Source: an uncultured Leptospirales bacterium (GTDB lineage Bacteria > Spirochaetota > UBA4802 > UBA5550). From it: a DNA stretch of 64,000 nucleotides. Below, piece by piece: positions 1-10,145 of the stretch. The translations under genes and the position numbers were made by a program. The notes beneath the pieces are model-generated. The model saw nothing but the letters and a program-made list of their open reading frames with translations, ran no database searches and was not told the DNA's origin. Every line of letters starts with the position of its first letter. Positions within the stretch are counted from its first letter, which is position 1. Location of the stretch: assembly GCA_964450405.1 (NCBI GenBank), contig CAYVCQ010000001.1:91858-155857 (forward strand), written 5' to 3'.

Positions 1-957
1 TGTAAGTATTACCGCGTCATCCTCCAGCAGCTGCTGGAATGTTTCCATTATTGATGTTGCAACAGGCGCTCCGCCGGACAGTACAGTTTTCATCGTTGGA
101 AGTTTGATATTATTTTCAACTCCGAATTTTCCTACACTGTTGAGCAGTGCAGGTGACGCGAACATTATAGTCGCCTTATAGTGATTTACAGGATCAATAA
201 TATTCATTGGATTAACATGCGCAGGTCTTTGGGGATCTATCACCGGCAATATTGCCGTGATTCCTATAAGTATATCATAAAGGGCAAAGAGTGATAATGT
301 TGCCATATCAATCTGATCAAGAGTTTTATATAAGTTGATCTTCAGGGAATGGAACTCCTCGTTAATCATTCTATGTGTATACTCAACACCTTTAGCAGGA
401 CCGGTACTCCCTGTGGTGAAATTTATTAATGCAAGTTCATCCGTGAGAGTTTCAGCGATGGGATAAACACCGGAATTCTGAACAAGCAATTTCCTGAGAG
501 AGTAGCCTCCCCAGAAAAGCCTTCTCCCTGCAGTTACCCATGTCTTTACAGATTTAAAATTTCGATAGAATAAAATTCTGAAAATATGCGCACGTTTAAT
601 TCCGATAAATGCCTCGGCATTTACACTTTTGTAACAGTGAAGCATCCTTTTGACTCCGAGTCCCGGATCAACTATCACGGGGACTGCACCGACTTTAAAC
701 AGAGCGAATGTGATTGAGAATAATTCGGAACCGGGTTTAACCATGAAAATTGTTTTTGTTCCCTTTGTTATTCCTGCAGATTCAAATCCGGCTGCATACT
801 GATCCGATTCAATGTCCAGTTCGCGGAATGTCTTATGATGATATTTAATAGAGCCGTCTTTATTTTTTCCGGCCGGATATATGATAGCTTTTTTTTCCGG
901 GAATAGAGAGGCGTTCTGTTTAAGATATTTTGCGATGTTTAAGTAAGGGACTGTCAT
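1..957 (-). CDS. AMP-dependent synthetase/ligase (acyl-CoA synthetase or fatty-acyl-AMP ligase family). N-terminal part only; the gene runs off the window start.
   Basis: Hand translation of the minus strand from ATG at 955-957 gives an open frame through to position 1: MTVPYLNIAKYLKQNASLFPEKKAIIYPAG...FTTGSTGPAKGVEYTHRMIN. This contains the AMP-binding signature T(S/T)GSTGxPKG and a VPVxVDPG box. The gene is not in the supplied ORF track because it is open-ended. Confidence 0.75.
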   Translation of the reverse strand, partial: MTVPYLNIAKYLKQNASLFPEKKAIIYPAGKNKDGSIKYHHKTFRELDIESDQYAAGFESAGITKGTKTIFMVKPGSELFSITFALFKVGAVPVIVDPGLGVKRMLHCYKSVNAEAFIGIKRAHIFRILFYRNFKSVKTWVTAGRRLFWGGYSLRKLLVQNSGVYPIAETLTDELALINFTTGSTGPAKGVEYTHRMINEEFHSLKINLYKTLDQIDMATLSLFALYDILIGITAILPVIDPQRPAHVNPMNIIDPVNHYKATIMFASPALLNSVGKFGVENNIKLPTMKTVLSGGAPVATSIMETFQQLLEDDAVILT

Positions 958-1472
958 TTTAATTATTCCTGAGATACGTTTATAGAAAGACTTTGCAATT
1001 ACCAACTTTCACAATCAGAAACATGACAGCTGACCATACGTTTTAGCAGCACAACCTTAGTAATATATTTATGATTTTATTACATTTCAACTTTTAATGT
1101 CTGCAGTGAAAAAAGTTTTTTTTACTTTTAAATTGTTCCAAAAAAACAGATTATGGCCTTACTATTTTTATGCCGTTAAAAACACAAGCAGATTAAATTT
1201 TTCTCTAAAAAAATATTTAAAAAAAGTAGGAATGCTGTAAATGCGGATTTAAAATATCAGAATTTTCAGCTTTACCGACCAATAAGTCAGAATAACTTTA
1301 TATTAACTCTTTTATGCAGTGATTCATCGAAGTGCAGCCTTACCATTATTTCATATGTGTTTGAATGAGGGATTGTATAATTATTCTGACTTTCCATGCT
1401 GCAGGGCAACTATCTGAAGACAAAAAAAAGGCTGCCCTTTAGAGGCAGCCCTTCAATTGGTGCTAAATATAT

Positions 1473-2510
1473 TTACTTGAGCATTCCTGCCATTTTAGCG
1501 TTTGTAGCAACTGCTTCTTTTATTATTCTGTCAATAGTTTCTTTCACTGTTGGCATATCGTGGATCATACCGCAGCACTGTCCAAGAAGTTCAACACCCT
1601 TTTTGTCATAATCTCCTTCCTCTGTAGCTGCCTGGATTTTTCCAAATGCAGTAGCCATATGTGCAAGAGTCATCATCTTGTCAGGCTGTGCAAGCATACC
1701 GAGCATTACTTTTAGAAGAGGAAGCTCCATAGATTTAGCAATCGCAGGACCAACCATCATAGCTTTGAAAAGATTCATACCACCCTTGATTGACTTCTCT
1801 GCAGATGGTGACTTAAGAACACGGCACCATAAACCGTCAAATCTGTCTGAATAGAGTGTGTCCTCGGAAGTTGCATCAAGGTGTGCCTGCTTTGTTCTTG
1901 GATGAACAGGGCTCTCTTTAGTTGTAGCAAGTCTTGAACCCATGGCAACCGCATCGGCACCTAGTGCAAGTGCGGCAGCAAGTCCCTGACCTGTTGCAAA
2001 TCCGCCTGATGCGACAATCGGAATGTCTGTAATTTCTCTTATGGACGGGATGAGACAGAGATTAGCCACTTTTCCGCCATGAGCAGCAGCTTCGTAACCT
2101 GTAACCTGAAGAGCATCCACCCCGCCTTTAATTGCAGCTTTTGCATGTTTTGCGCCGATTACAGTCTGGATTACCTTGCCTTTATAGTTGTGAACTCTTT
2201 TTACTATATCATCAGGTTTACCCAGAGATACATTTATAACAGGAACCTGCATATCGATAAGAACTTCAAGATTCTCTTTTGCACCCGGCATAAGAAGAGT
2301 CGCGCCTGCACCGAAAGGTTTTTTGGTAAGTTCTCTTATTCTCTTGATTGCAGCTTCAGTCTGTTTTGTTGAAAGAGGACCTGTCGCGAGCCATCCGATA
2401 CCGCCGGCGTTACAAACTGCTGCAACAAGTTCCGGTGTACTGATCCAGCTCATTCCCGGCAATACGATTGGATACTTGATTCCAAAAAGTTGTGTTATTT
2501 TCGTCTTCAT
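1473..2510 (-). CDS. Nitronate monooxygenase / 2-nitropropane dioxygenase-like FMN oxidoreductase (NMO family, FabK-like)
   Basis: 345 aa. Begins with the NMO-like N-terminus MKTKITQLFGIKYPIVLPGMSWISTPELVAAVCNAGGIG, followed by a TIM-barrel FMN region IVASGGFATGQGLAAALALGADAVAMGSRL. Confidence 0.7.
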   Translation of the reverse strand: MKTKITQLFGIKYPIVLPGMSWISTPELVAAVCNAGGIGWLATGPLSTKQTEAAIKRIRELTKKPFGAGATLLMPGAKENLEVLIDMQVPVINVSLGKPDDIVKRVHNYKGKVIQTVIGAKHAKAAIKGGVDALQVTGYEAAAHGGKVANLCLIPSIREITDIPIVASGGFATGQGLAAALALGADAVAMGSRLATTKESPVHPRTKQAHLDATSEDTLYSDRFDGLWCRVLKSPSAEKSIKGGMNLFKAMMVGPAIAKSMELPLLKVMLGMLAQPDKMMTLAHMATAFGKIQAATEEGDYDKKGVELLGQCCGMIHDMPTVKETIDRIIKEAVATNAKMAGMLK

Positions 2511-2528
2511 TATTTTACCCCTGTTTTT

Positions 2529-3077
2529 TTATTCAAATTCATTTTTTAAAAACTCTATTGCTTCTTCGCACCATTTAATATGCCCTGTTTCAAAACTTAT
2601 ACCGCTGCGGAGATTCAGATAACGGAACTTCCCCTTAACCGGCAGAGATTTTACATCGGAAAAATATTTTGTTTCATACTCGCGAAAAAGTCTAAGCTTC
2701 TCCTCATGAATAGCTTTCAGCTGAAGCAGTTCCTCAATCAGCATCTCTTTAGGCACCAGAAATCCCACAAACATTTTTACAAGCATATCTTCTTTTATGG
2801 GACTCGGTTCAGATGGCTGTGCAATCCACTGGATAAGATGAGCTTTTCCCTCTTCGGTGACACAATATATCTTTTTATCCGGTCTGTCCTTCTGTTTTAT
2901 CAGTTCAGATGTAACCATCTTCTCCTGATCAAGTTTGGCCAGTTCTCTATATATCTGCTGATGGGTGGTTTTCCAGTAAAATCCCACGGAGCTGTTAAAC
3001 TCCTTCGCAAGATCATACCCGCTGCACGGTTTTCCTCTTCCCACAAGCGTTGCAAGAATTGAATGTGATAAAGCCAT
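2529..3077 (-). CDS. PadR-family transcriptional regulator
   Basis: N-terminal winged helix ILATLVGRGKPCSGYDLAKEF...QIYRELAKLDQEKMV is typical of PadR, with a C-terminal coiled-coil extension. The NMO gene lies directly downstream in the same orientation, so co-transcription is possible. Confidence 0.65.
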   Translation of the reverse strand: MALSHSILATLVGRGKPCSGYDLAKEFNSSVGFYWKTTHQQIYRELAKLDQEKMVTSELIKQKDRPDKKIYCVTEEGKAHLIQWIAQPSEPSPIKEDMLVKMFVGFLVPKEMLIEELLQLKAIHEEKLRLFREYETKYFSDVKSLPVKGKFRYLNLRSGISFETGHIKWCEEAIEFLKNEFE

Positions 3078-3489
3078 ATATTATTTCATTTCAGCAGCAC
3101 TTTCGTCCTGCTCTCCTGTATCGTGATAATTCAACAAGTATTCAACTAGTTGCATATATAAAAGCTGTTGTGATAATGTCAAGAAATTTTACGATTTTTT
3201 TAGGGGGGAAAGATTTTTGATTTTAGGCATAAATCATGATTAAGGGACTAGAGGATTTATTTGATTGAAGATAGAGTTAACAATACTGCATCATGAAAAT
3301 CTTTTAATCATGCGAATCACGATTCAGGTAGAAGATTTTATTTTATAGACAGCACCATAATACTCATTTAATTTTGTTGCCTTAACGGTTTGAGAGCTTT
3401 AAATGATCTGGTTTTAAACGGGTACCAAAATTAAAAGTCATATCAAACTCAAATCTGACAATTTGTTTTAGAGATATAAGGATATTATA

Positions 3490-4680
3490 ATGAAAAAAAT
3501 ACTTACGATAGTTCTTCTGCTGATTTCCATTTTTTTAATTGGATGCAAATCACACACACTTTCAGAAGATCTCAAGCCAATAAATTTAACAAAAAATCCT
3601 GATGCATCCCGTATGGGAGACCTTGGCTGGGCAGCTTATCAAAAGAAAGACTATGATAAAGCCTTGGAGAATTACACAAAAGCCCTGGAGTATGATCCTA
3701 GATATGTTAATGTATATAATAATCGTGGGCTTGTTTATTTAGTTTTAAAAGATTATGACAAGGCAATCTCTGATTTCAGTAAGACAATAGAAATTAATAA
3801 CGAGTTTACCTGGGGCTATATCAACAGAGGGCTATGCTATTTTAATAAAAAGGATTTTGATAAAGCCCTGATTGATTATAAAAAAACAACTGAATTTAAC
3901 CCGAAAGAATATAGAGCTTTTTATGACATCGGGCGTATTTATTATGAAAAAAAAGATTATATTAAGGCCCTTGAAAATCTCGATAAATGTCTGAAAATAT
4001 ATCCTGAACATGAGTGGTCTTTCAACTATAAAGGATTGTGTTATGACATGTTAAAGGATTACGATAAGGCTCTTGAAAATTACAATAAAGCAATTTATTT
4101 AGATTCGAAAGATGATTATGTTTATCATAATATTGGAATAGTTTATTATAAAAAGAAAGAATACAATAAAGCATTAGAATATTTCGATAAAAGTTTAAAA
4201 TTAAACCCCAACTATGTATCCGCAATTAACTTTAAAGGACTTTGTTATGGCTTTCTGAAAGATTCCGACAAAGCCTTAGAAAATTTTAATAAAGCTATTA
4301 AGATTGATTCTAAATATTTTCTGGCCTATTATAATATTGGAAGAATCTATTATGATAAAAAAGAATATTCTACTGCTTTAGAAAATTTAGATAAATGCCT
4401 GAAGTTAAATGCTGAATATGCATGGGCTTTGAACTTTAAGGGAAGGTGCTATCACAGGTTGGAAGAATTTGACATAGCCCTTGAAAATTACAATAAATCA
4501 ATCAAATTAGATCCCAAAATAGCAGATTTTTATAACTCTAGGAGTTATTCATATTTAAAGAAAAAAAATATTAAATCCGCATTGGGTGATTTAAACAAGT
4601 CACTCCAGCTTGAACCGGAAAACTACCACACACTATATGATTTTGCATGTTTCTATTCAGTGCAGAAAAACAAACCTTAA
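3490..4680 (+). CDS. TPR-repeat lipoprotein, interrupted by an in-frame TAA at 4678-4680; the frame stays open to 4848
   Basis: Lipobox LLISIFLIGCKS, then about 10 tetratricopeptide repeats (A..Y..AL..DP....Y.NRG). The same frame continues after the TAA as AFEYLAKAIDKGYSNINHMEEDKDLDNIKSDDRYKTLIAMLKEKAIKNDTGKAKN, the standard C-terminal tail of this protein family. Confidence 0.7.
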   Translation: MKKILTIVLLLISIFLIGCKSHTLSEDLKPINLTKNPDASRMGDLGWAAYQKKDYDKALENYTKALEYDPRYVNVYNNRGLVYLVLKDYDKAISDFSKTIEINNEFTWGYINRGLCYFNKKDFDKALIDYKKTTEFNPKEYRAFYDIGRIYYEKKDYIKALENLDKCLKIYPEHEWSFNYKGLCYDMLKDYDKALENYNKAIYLDSKDDYVYHNIGIVYYKKKEYNKALEYFDKSLKLNPNYVSAINFKGLCYGFLKDSDKALENFNKAIKIDSKYFLAYYNIGRIYYDKKEYSTALENLDKCLKLNAEYAWALNFKGRCYHRLEEFDIALENYNKSIKLDPKIADFYNSRSYSYLKKKNIKSALGDLNKSLQLEPENYHTLYDFACFYSVQKNKP

Positions 4681-4848
4681 GCTTTTGAATATTTAGCAAA
4701 GGCTATTGACAAAGGCTATAGTAATATTAATCATATGGAAGAAGATAAAGATCTGGATAATATAAAATCTGATGATCGTTACAAAACTCTGATTGCAATG
4801 CTGAAAGAGAAGGCAATAAAGAATGACACCGGTAAGGCTAAAAATTAA
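4681..4848 (+). pseudogene. In-frame continuation of the upstream TPR lipoprotein beyond the TAA: either a displaced C-terminus after a nonsense mutation or a sequencing error
   Basis: Same reading frame as 3490..4680. Encodes the expected TPR tail YxxACxYxxxxxxxxAFEYLAKAIDKGY...DPRFKxL-like. Confidence 0.5.
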
Positions 4849-5076
4849 AATAACGAACTAACTGCTTTCACCCTCCCCTAACCCCTCCCATCAAGGGAGG
4901 GGAAAAGCATCATGAAAATCCTTTAATCAAATGAATCACGGTTCAGACAAAATACAGAAACTGAAAACATCTTGAATCAACTTTTTCCACTCACGACAAT
5001 TTATTCCCTTGAAAAAGTCCTGAATTTTAAGTAAATTAAATTCCACAATATCTCACCAAATGCAGGAGCTCTATAA

Positions 5077-6660
5077 ATGGAAGAACATAAAATTCTCGGG
5101 AAGGTTCCGGAATCTCCCACATCTCCGGGGAAGAGTGTAAAAAACAAAAAGTTTGATATTGCCGATCTGTATAACAGCCCGATTAAGGGTGATGAGCCTT
5201 CAGATAGTGCAGATTACGGTCTCGATGAAAAACTCCGCAAAGCTTATTTCTGGATTGCGAACTATGCAATTATAAATCCCTTCTGCGATATTGAATATAA
5301 CGAAACTCCGCCCAATGAATATACAATGGGTGACAGCAAGAGCCGCGTGGTTCTCCCCACGGGGCAGAGCTATACAAGTTTTATTCTTCTGCCGCTGCTG
5401 ACGCTTGTCACAAGAAAAAAATGTCTGCTGGTTGGAGGACCGGGGCGCGGCAAGACTTCAAGTGCTGTGATTATGGGACTCCTTGCCGGTTACTCCATGC
5501 ATGATATTCAGCGCGCGGTGCAGCATGGCCAGCCGCAGATGACCGTGTCCGATCTGCTGGGGAATCCTCTCCCTTCGGATATGGTGAGCGCAAAGAGTAT
5601 GGATGAGATCAGGATTGCCTGGCGAAAATGGCTCGGCATGAGAGTGAAAATTATTGATGAATACAATCGTATCCCCACAAGGACACAGTCGGCGCTGCTG
5701 AACGTTATGAGCGAAAATTACGCCGAGCTTCTTGATCAGGTCTTCGAGTGCCCCGATGCGGCATGGTTTCTCACCGCCAATGATGATGCCGGCGGAGGAA
5801 CATACCAGGTGATTGAAGCTTTAAAAGACCGTATAGATATTGTGGTGAAAGCTCTTCACTTTAATTCCAGATTTTTAAATCAGCTTCTTGAACGGGTCGA
5901 GCAGGGAATAAAACCTGAAGAATCGGTACCGCCGGAGATTATTTTCAGTGAGGATGAAATCAGCAGAATAAATAAAGAGATTCTGGAGGTTAAAATTCCT
6001 CCGCTTTTAATGCGCCGCATTGAATATTTCGCCTCGCAGTTTGAACTCCTCGAGTCGAGCGGTGAACAGCTTGAATATAAAACCAAGGACAATGCAAAAA
6101 CCTCCGGGAGCGATATTGCACAGCTCTTAAGAGACGAAACCGGCAAGGATCAGCTGAAGGATTTATCGTATCAGACTCTTAACGGATTTTCCGTGAGGAC
6201 TTTTATGACAATTTTAAGCTACATCAAGGCACTGGCATACTTCAGAGGGAATAAGCAGGCGGAGTTTGAAGATGTGCGGCATATTCTCCCATTTGTTTTG
6301 CAGGACAAGCTTGCTCAGAATACAGACTCACCGTTTTTTGAGCAGCCGGACAATTCAGTTTACAGGCACGATAAAATCAGCTGGATAAGAAAGATTTTTG
6401 ATCTTTCATGCTCGGAGTTTGACCGTGCGGGACTTGATAAAAATGATCCGGCGGGTAAACTCCTTGAACAGTTCCAGGCTGGCCTTGAGGGTGTGACCGA
6501 AAAAGACGCCATGCAGATTCTTGTGCAGATAGAGAAAATGATGTCAGAGATTTCAAAGGGAAGAAAACTCTACGGTCCGCATCTTGATGATATACTTACA
6601 TTAAAATACCTTCATCAGCGCTACACCGGTTATTTAAGATGGCTTAAATGGAAGGGATGA
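5077..6660 (+). CDS. MoxR-family AAA+ ATPase with N- and C-terminal extensions
   Basis: Walker A LLVGGPGRGKTSSA. Walker B / sensor IIDEYNRIPTRTQSALLNVMSE. AGGAG Shine-Dalgarno 10 nt upstream. At 527 aa it is much longer than canonical MoxR proteins (about 300 aa). Confidence 0.75.
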   Translation: MEEHKILGKVPESPTSPGKSVKNKKFDIADLYNSPIKGDEPSDSADYGLDEKLRKAYFWIANYAIINPFCDIEYNETPPNEYTMGDSKSRVVLPTGQSYTSFILLPLLTLVTRKKCLLVGGPGRGKTSSAVIMGLLAGYSMHDIQRAVQHGQPQMTVSDLLGNPLPSDMVSAKSMDEIRIAWRKWLGMRVKIIDEYNRIPTRTQSALLNVMSENYAELLDQVFECPDAAWFLTANDDAGGGTYQVIEALKDRIDIVVKALHFNSRFLNQLLERVEQGIKPEESVPPEIIFSEDEISRINKEILEVKIPPLLMRRIEYFASQFELLESSGEQLEYKTKDNAKTSGSDIAQLLRDETGKDQLKDLSYQTLNGFSVRTFMTILSYIKALAYFRGNKQAEFEDVRHILPFVLQDKLAQNTDSPFFEQPDNSVYRHDKISWIRKIFDLSCSEFDRAGLDKNDPAGKLLEQFQAGLEGVTEKDAMQILVQIEKMMSEISKGRKLYGPHLDDILTLKYLHQRYTGYLRWLKWKG

Positions 6661-7664
6661 TTAATCCGGAGTTTGTAAAAGCTCTCGAAAGAAACCGCGG
6701 GCAGATAAATGCCGCCTTTGAATTTAACAATTCAGGTGACAGCCATGTGGAGTCATCGGAGATTTTCTCTGCACTTGCCAGGGTGATGGTTCCGTTATTC
6801 GATAAACAATTAACAGTTACCGATAATAATGTTGTCTCGATATTTAAAGGCTTACTTAAACTTCTTTCAAAAAGATTAATCGGAAACAGCAGCAGAGATA
6901 AAGAACTGGAGAATAACTTCTATAGAATCATCGATAAACATAATTCTCTGCTGTCAGAACATGGAGGGAGTTTTCTTTTAGAGGTCTTCAACGCCCTGCT
7001 GAATTTAAAAGAAAAGAAACTTTCCTCTGCCGGAAGATGGAGTGAAATTATTTCGGATCTCCCTGTTGAAATCGACCGGGATACATTCCGTAAATGCGGA
7101 TTTATCGCAGCATGGATCTGCGGAGCTGCAAGTGCCCGGGAAACAGCGGCAGAAATAATTCTGTCTGTCGATCCGGAGATTATCAGACTGATTTTTTCTA
7201 TAGAAACATTTAACAATAAAAAACCGGAAGACTTATCTGGAATAATAAATAAAAATCCATGGAGTAACCCGGTTTCTTTTCTTATAGATAAACATGAAAT
7301 ATCACCAGTTTTTAAAACAGCCGGGGGATTTACTGGATACGGATATGTTTTTCGTAGAGTACCCGCGGTATCGGCCATTCACGATATTTTTTATGCCACT
7401 GACGGAACCGATGTTTTCAGGATATATGCAGATTTCTACGGAGTCGAACTTATCCGGGACTCTGCTGTTAAACCGGAGATGATACAGCCGGGGGGAGTTA
7501 TAAACAGGTTTGTCAAAGGGCGTGACTTCGTCATTGATAAACACAGTTACCCTCTCCCCGCCGAATGGAAAAACAATATAACTTCAATTGCATTTAATGC
7601 AGATACCGTCATTTGGACACTTGCCGACAGCTACAAGATTTATATCGCCGGTGTAAGAGGTTAA
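6648..7664 (+). CDS. Hypothetical protein. Start overlaps the MoxR stop, and translation may begin at ATG 6657, which has a GGAAGGG Shine-Dalgarno.
   Basis: 338-aa ORF in an operon-like arrangement. No recognisable motif. Confidence 0.5.
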   Translation: MEGMINPEFVKALERNRGQINAAFEFNNSGDSHVESSEIFSALARVMVPLFDKQLTVTDNNVVSIFKGLLKLLSKRLIGNSSRDKELENNFYRIIDKHNSLLSEHGGSFLLEVFNALLNLKEKKLSSAGRWSEIISDLPVEIDRDTFRKCGFIAAWICGAASARETAAEIILSVDPEIIRLIFSIETFNNKKPEDLSGIINKNPWSNPVSFLIDKHEISPVFKTAGGFTGYGYVFRRVPAVSAIHDIFYATDGTDVFRIYADFYGVELIRDSAVKPEMIQPGGVINRFVKGRDFVIDKHSYPLPAEWKNNITSIAFNADTVIWTLADSYKIYIAGVRG

Positions 7665-7814
7665 TATGACCATAGAAAAATATTATACCCCGTCCCTTCG
7701 ACAAGCTCAGGGAGACATATATGTTGTCATGCTGAGCCTGTCGAAGCATACTGAAACATTGTATTTCCCGGCCGCAGCTGTGACAAAAATAAATTCCATT
7801 GAAGATTCTTCAAA

Positions 7815-9518
7815 ATGACAGATATAATAAATAAAAATGAAAGTCTTAAAGACCGGTGGCTTGCCAGATGGGATGAAGCTGTAAAACTCTGGAGCCCCTA
7901 TGTACAGCTCCGCACCCCGGTATTCTGCGAATCAGAACGGGATGAATCCATAGAGGGGCTCACCGGTTCCTTCGCGATGATAAGACTTACAGATTTCAGT
8001 GTTGTCATATCCCTGAGGCAGATCCATAATCTTCAGCTTGATGATTATGCCATTGAAATTCTTGCCCACGAAGCGGGTCATCATGTTTACTGCCCAGCTG
8101 ATCTTACAGATTCGGCGAGAATGATTGCACGGATTCAGAGAGCGATACATGGACATGAAAGCAAGGCTCCGATGATAGGAAATTTATACGGCGATCTTCT
8201 GATTAACGATAAGCTGTTCAGGGAGAACGGGCTCAGGATGGATAAAGTCTACATGGCTGTAAAGGCTGAGACCGCTGATAAATTCTGGGATTTCTACATG
8301 CGTACATACGAACTGCTCTGGTCTCTTCCGCGGCAGACTCTGACATTTTCAAAAGTTGAAGATGAAACAGAGGGTGACGCAATTCTCGCAGCAAGAGTAG
8401 TGCGGAATTTTGCAAGACACTGGCTGGACGGTGCCGCTGAGTTTGCATCAATATGTTACCGTTACCTTCTTGAATCATCCGGTCCATCTGAATATGTGAG
8501 TTCATGGATGGATGCAGTAGAACCTGGCGACGGCACTACAATACCCGCCGGAATAACAGAGATTGAAGATAGTGAACTTTCCGGCAAGGATGCTGAAGCC
8601 ATAAGAAAACTTAAAGAATCCGGCATACCATCGGGATCGCAAAGCAGACCCGGTAAAAGCTACAGGGAACCATTTGAATACGGACAGATTTTACGCGCAA
8701 TAGGGATTAACATGAGTGATGAGGAAATTGCCGTGAGATACTACACCGAGCGGGCTATTCCATATCTTATCCCGTTTCCATCTGTAAAGCAGCCTGATTC
8801 TAAAGAACCGAATCCTGAAGGTGTCACCGAGTGGGATATAAGCTCTCCCTTTGAGGATTTGAGTATGTTCGATTCACTTCTTCGAAGTCCCGTGCTTATT
8901 CCGGGATACACAACTGTCGAGAGAGTAACAGGGACATCGCCCGGCGGGGAGCCGTCCCGTGAGCCCTTTGATCTGGACATATATGTCGATTCAAGCGGAT
9001 CCATGCCCGACCCGAGGGTAAATATCTCATACCTGACTTTAGCCGGAGCGATAATCTGTCTTTCGGCACTCAGATCGGGCTCAAAGGTGCAGGCAACGCT
9101 GTGGAGTGATACAAACCAGTTTTATACAACAAAGGGTTTTGTCCGTGATAAAATGGAGATAATGAAAATACTCACCGGTTTCTTTGGCGGAGGAACCGCC
9201 TTTCCGATACATATTTTAAGAGATACATATCTTGACAGGAAAGCATCTGCCAGGAAAACCCACATACTTGTTATCTCCGATGAAGGAGTAACAACGATGT
9301 TCGATAAAGATGAAAAAGGAAACAGCGGATTTGAAATTGCAAAAACATCGCTGTTAAAATGCGGAGGCGGAGGAACTTTTGCTCTTAATATTTATTCTAT
9401 GGATAATGAACTGAATAGGGCTGAAAAGATGGGATGGAATATTTACCCGGTTACAAACTGGGATGACCTGATAGAATTCAGCAAAGATTTTGTTAAAAAG
9501 CATTACGAGGTTAAGTAG
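7815..9518 (+). CDS. HExxH metallopeptidase-like domain fused to a von Willebrand factor A domain (DUF2201_N + DUF2201/VWA architecture, a MoxR partner)
   Basis: ILAHEAGHHVY (HExxH) in the N-terminal half. The C-terminal half has a MIDAS motif DLDIYVDSSGSMPDP (DxSxS) and a downstream THILVISDEG. Confidence 0.7.
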   Translation: MTDIINKNESLKDRWLARWDEAVKLWSPYVQLRTPVFCESERDESIEGLTGSFAMIRLTDFSVVISLRQIHNLQLDDYAIEILAHEAGHHVYCPADLTDSARMIARIQRAIHGHESKAPMIGNLYGDLLINDKLFRENGLRMDKVYMAVKAETADKFWDFYMRTYELLWSLPRQTLTFSKVEDETEGDAILAARVVRNFARHWLDGAAEFASICYRYLLESSGPSEYVSSWMDAVEPGDGTTIPAGITEIEDSELSGKDAEAIRKLKESGIPSGSQSRPGKSYREPFEYGQILRAIGINMSDEEIAVRYYTERAIPYLIPFPSVKQPDSKEPNPEGVTEWDISSPFEDLSMFDSLLRSPVLIPGYTTVERVTGTSPGGEPSREPFDLDIYVDSSGSMPDPRVNISYLTLAGAIICLSALRSGSKVQATLWSDTNQFYTTKGFVRDKMEIMKILTGFFGGGTAFPIHILRDTYLDRKASARKTHILVISDEGVTTMFDKDEKGNSGFEIAKTSLLKCGGGGTFALNIYSMDNELNRAEKMGWNIYPVTNWDDLIEFSKDFVKKHYEVK

Positions 9519-10127
9519 ATGAAAAAGTCCGGTCCGCCGCTTGAAGCATTGATAGATCGTCTTATTGCAATACCTGAGGAATTTACCGGTACAAAAAAAA
9601 AGACCGGTAATTTAGTGGATAAAATAAATATCCCTGCAATTGTAAATGATTTATTAATGGACAATGGCGGAACCCCCCTTAGCGATGAGGAAATTTCACT
9701 CTACTTTCCTGCAAAAAAAGATTTAAAAAATGAAAATAATATTTACCCTGAACTGGTTTCTATACTCTGCTATATTTTTGAAGACAGATTCTTTACTGAG
9801 AACAAAGACTCTTCTGAACTGATAAAGTCTTTTCTTCTATCACCGCAGCTGATTGAACTTTCCAAGACAGTTGAAAAAGCTTATGAGTTTATCAGCGACC
9901 CCGACCGCAGGGAGGAGATCTGCAGAATGGCTCTTGACGCTCTTAATTACTATCCGTATGGGGAAAATGAAAAAAACGCAAAGGATCGCCTCCTTACACT
10001 GGACTCTGTTGAAAGAAAAAAAATTCTTAAAAAAACTCTTGAAGCGCAAGCAAGAGCCAAGGAACTCCGGGAAGCGATGTTGAGAAAAGAAGCTGAAGAG
10101 GCTGCATCGAAAATGTCAAGAGAGTAA
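9519..10127 (+). CDS. Hypothetical protein with a K/E-rich coiled-coil C-terminus
   Basis: Starts 1 nt after the upstream stop. GAGG Shine-Dalgarno. 202 aa. Confidence 0.5.
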   Translation: MKKSGPPLEALIDRLIAIPEEFTGTKKKTGNLVDKINIPAIVNDLLMDNGGTPLSDEEISLYFPAKKDLKNENNIYPELVSILCYIFEDRFFTENKDSSELIKSFLLSPQLIELSKTVEKAYEFISDPDRREEICRMALDALNYYPYGENEKNAKDRLLTLDSVERKKILKKTLEAQARAKELREAMLRKEAEEAASKMSRE

Positions 10128-10145
10128 TTTCAAGGGAGTAAACAG

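Noticed and set aside
1396-1611. 71-aa plus-strand ORF overlapping the 3' end of the NMO gene
   Set aside because: Overlaps a supported gene. No Shine-Dalgarno. Hydrophobic antisense-type sequence.
4678-4680. Genome-wide stop-codon reassignment (TAA as sense) as the explanation for the interrupted TPR gene
   Set aside because: Many other genes in the window (for example nadR, metF, cysK) terminate with TAA at positions consistent with homologue lengths. A single local mutation or error is more parsimonious.
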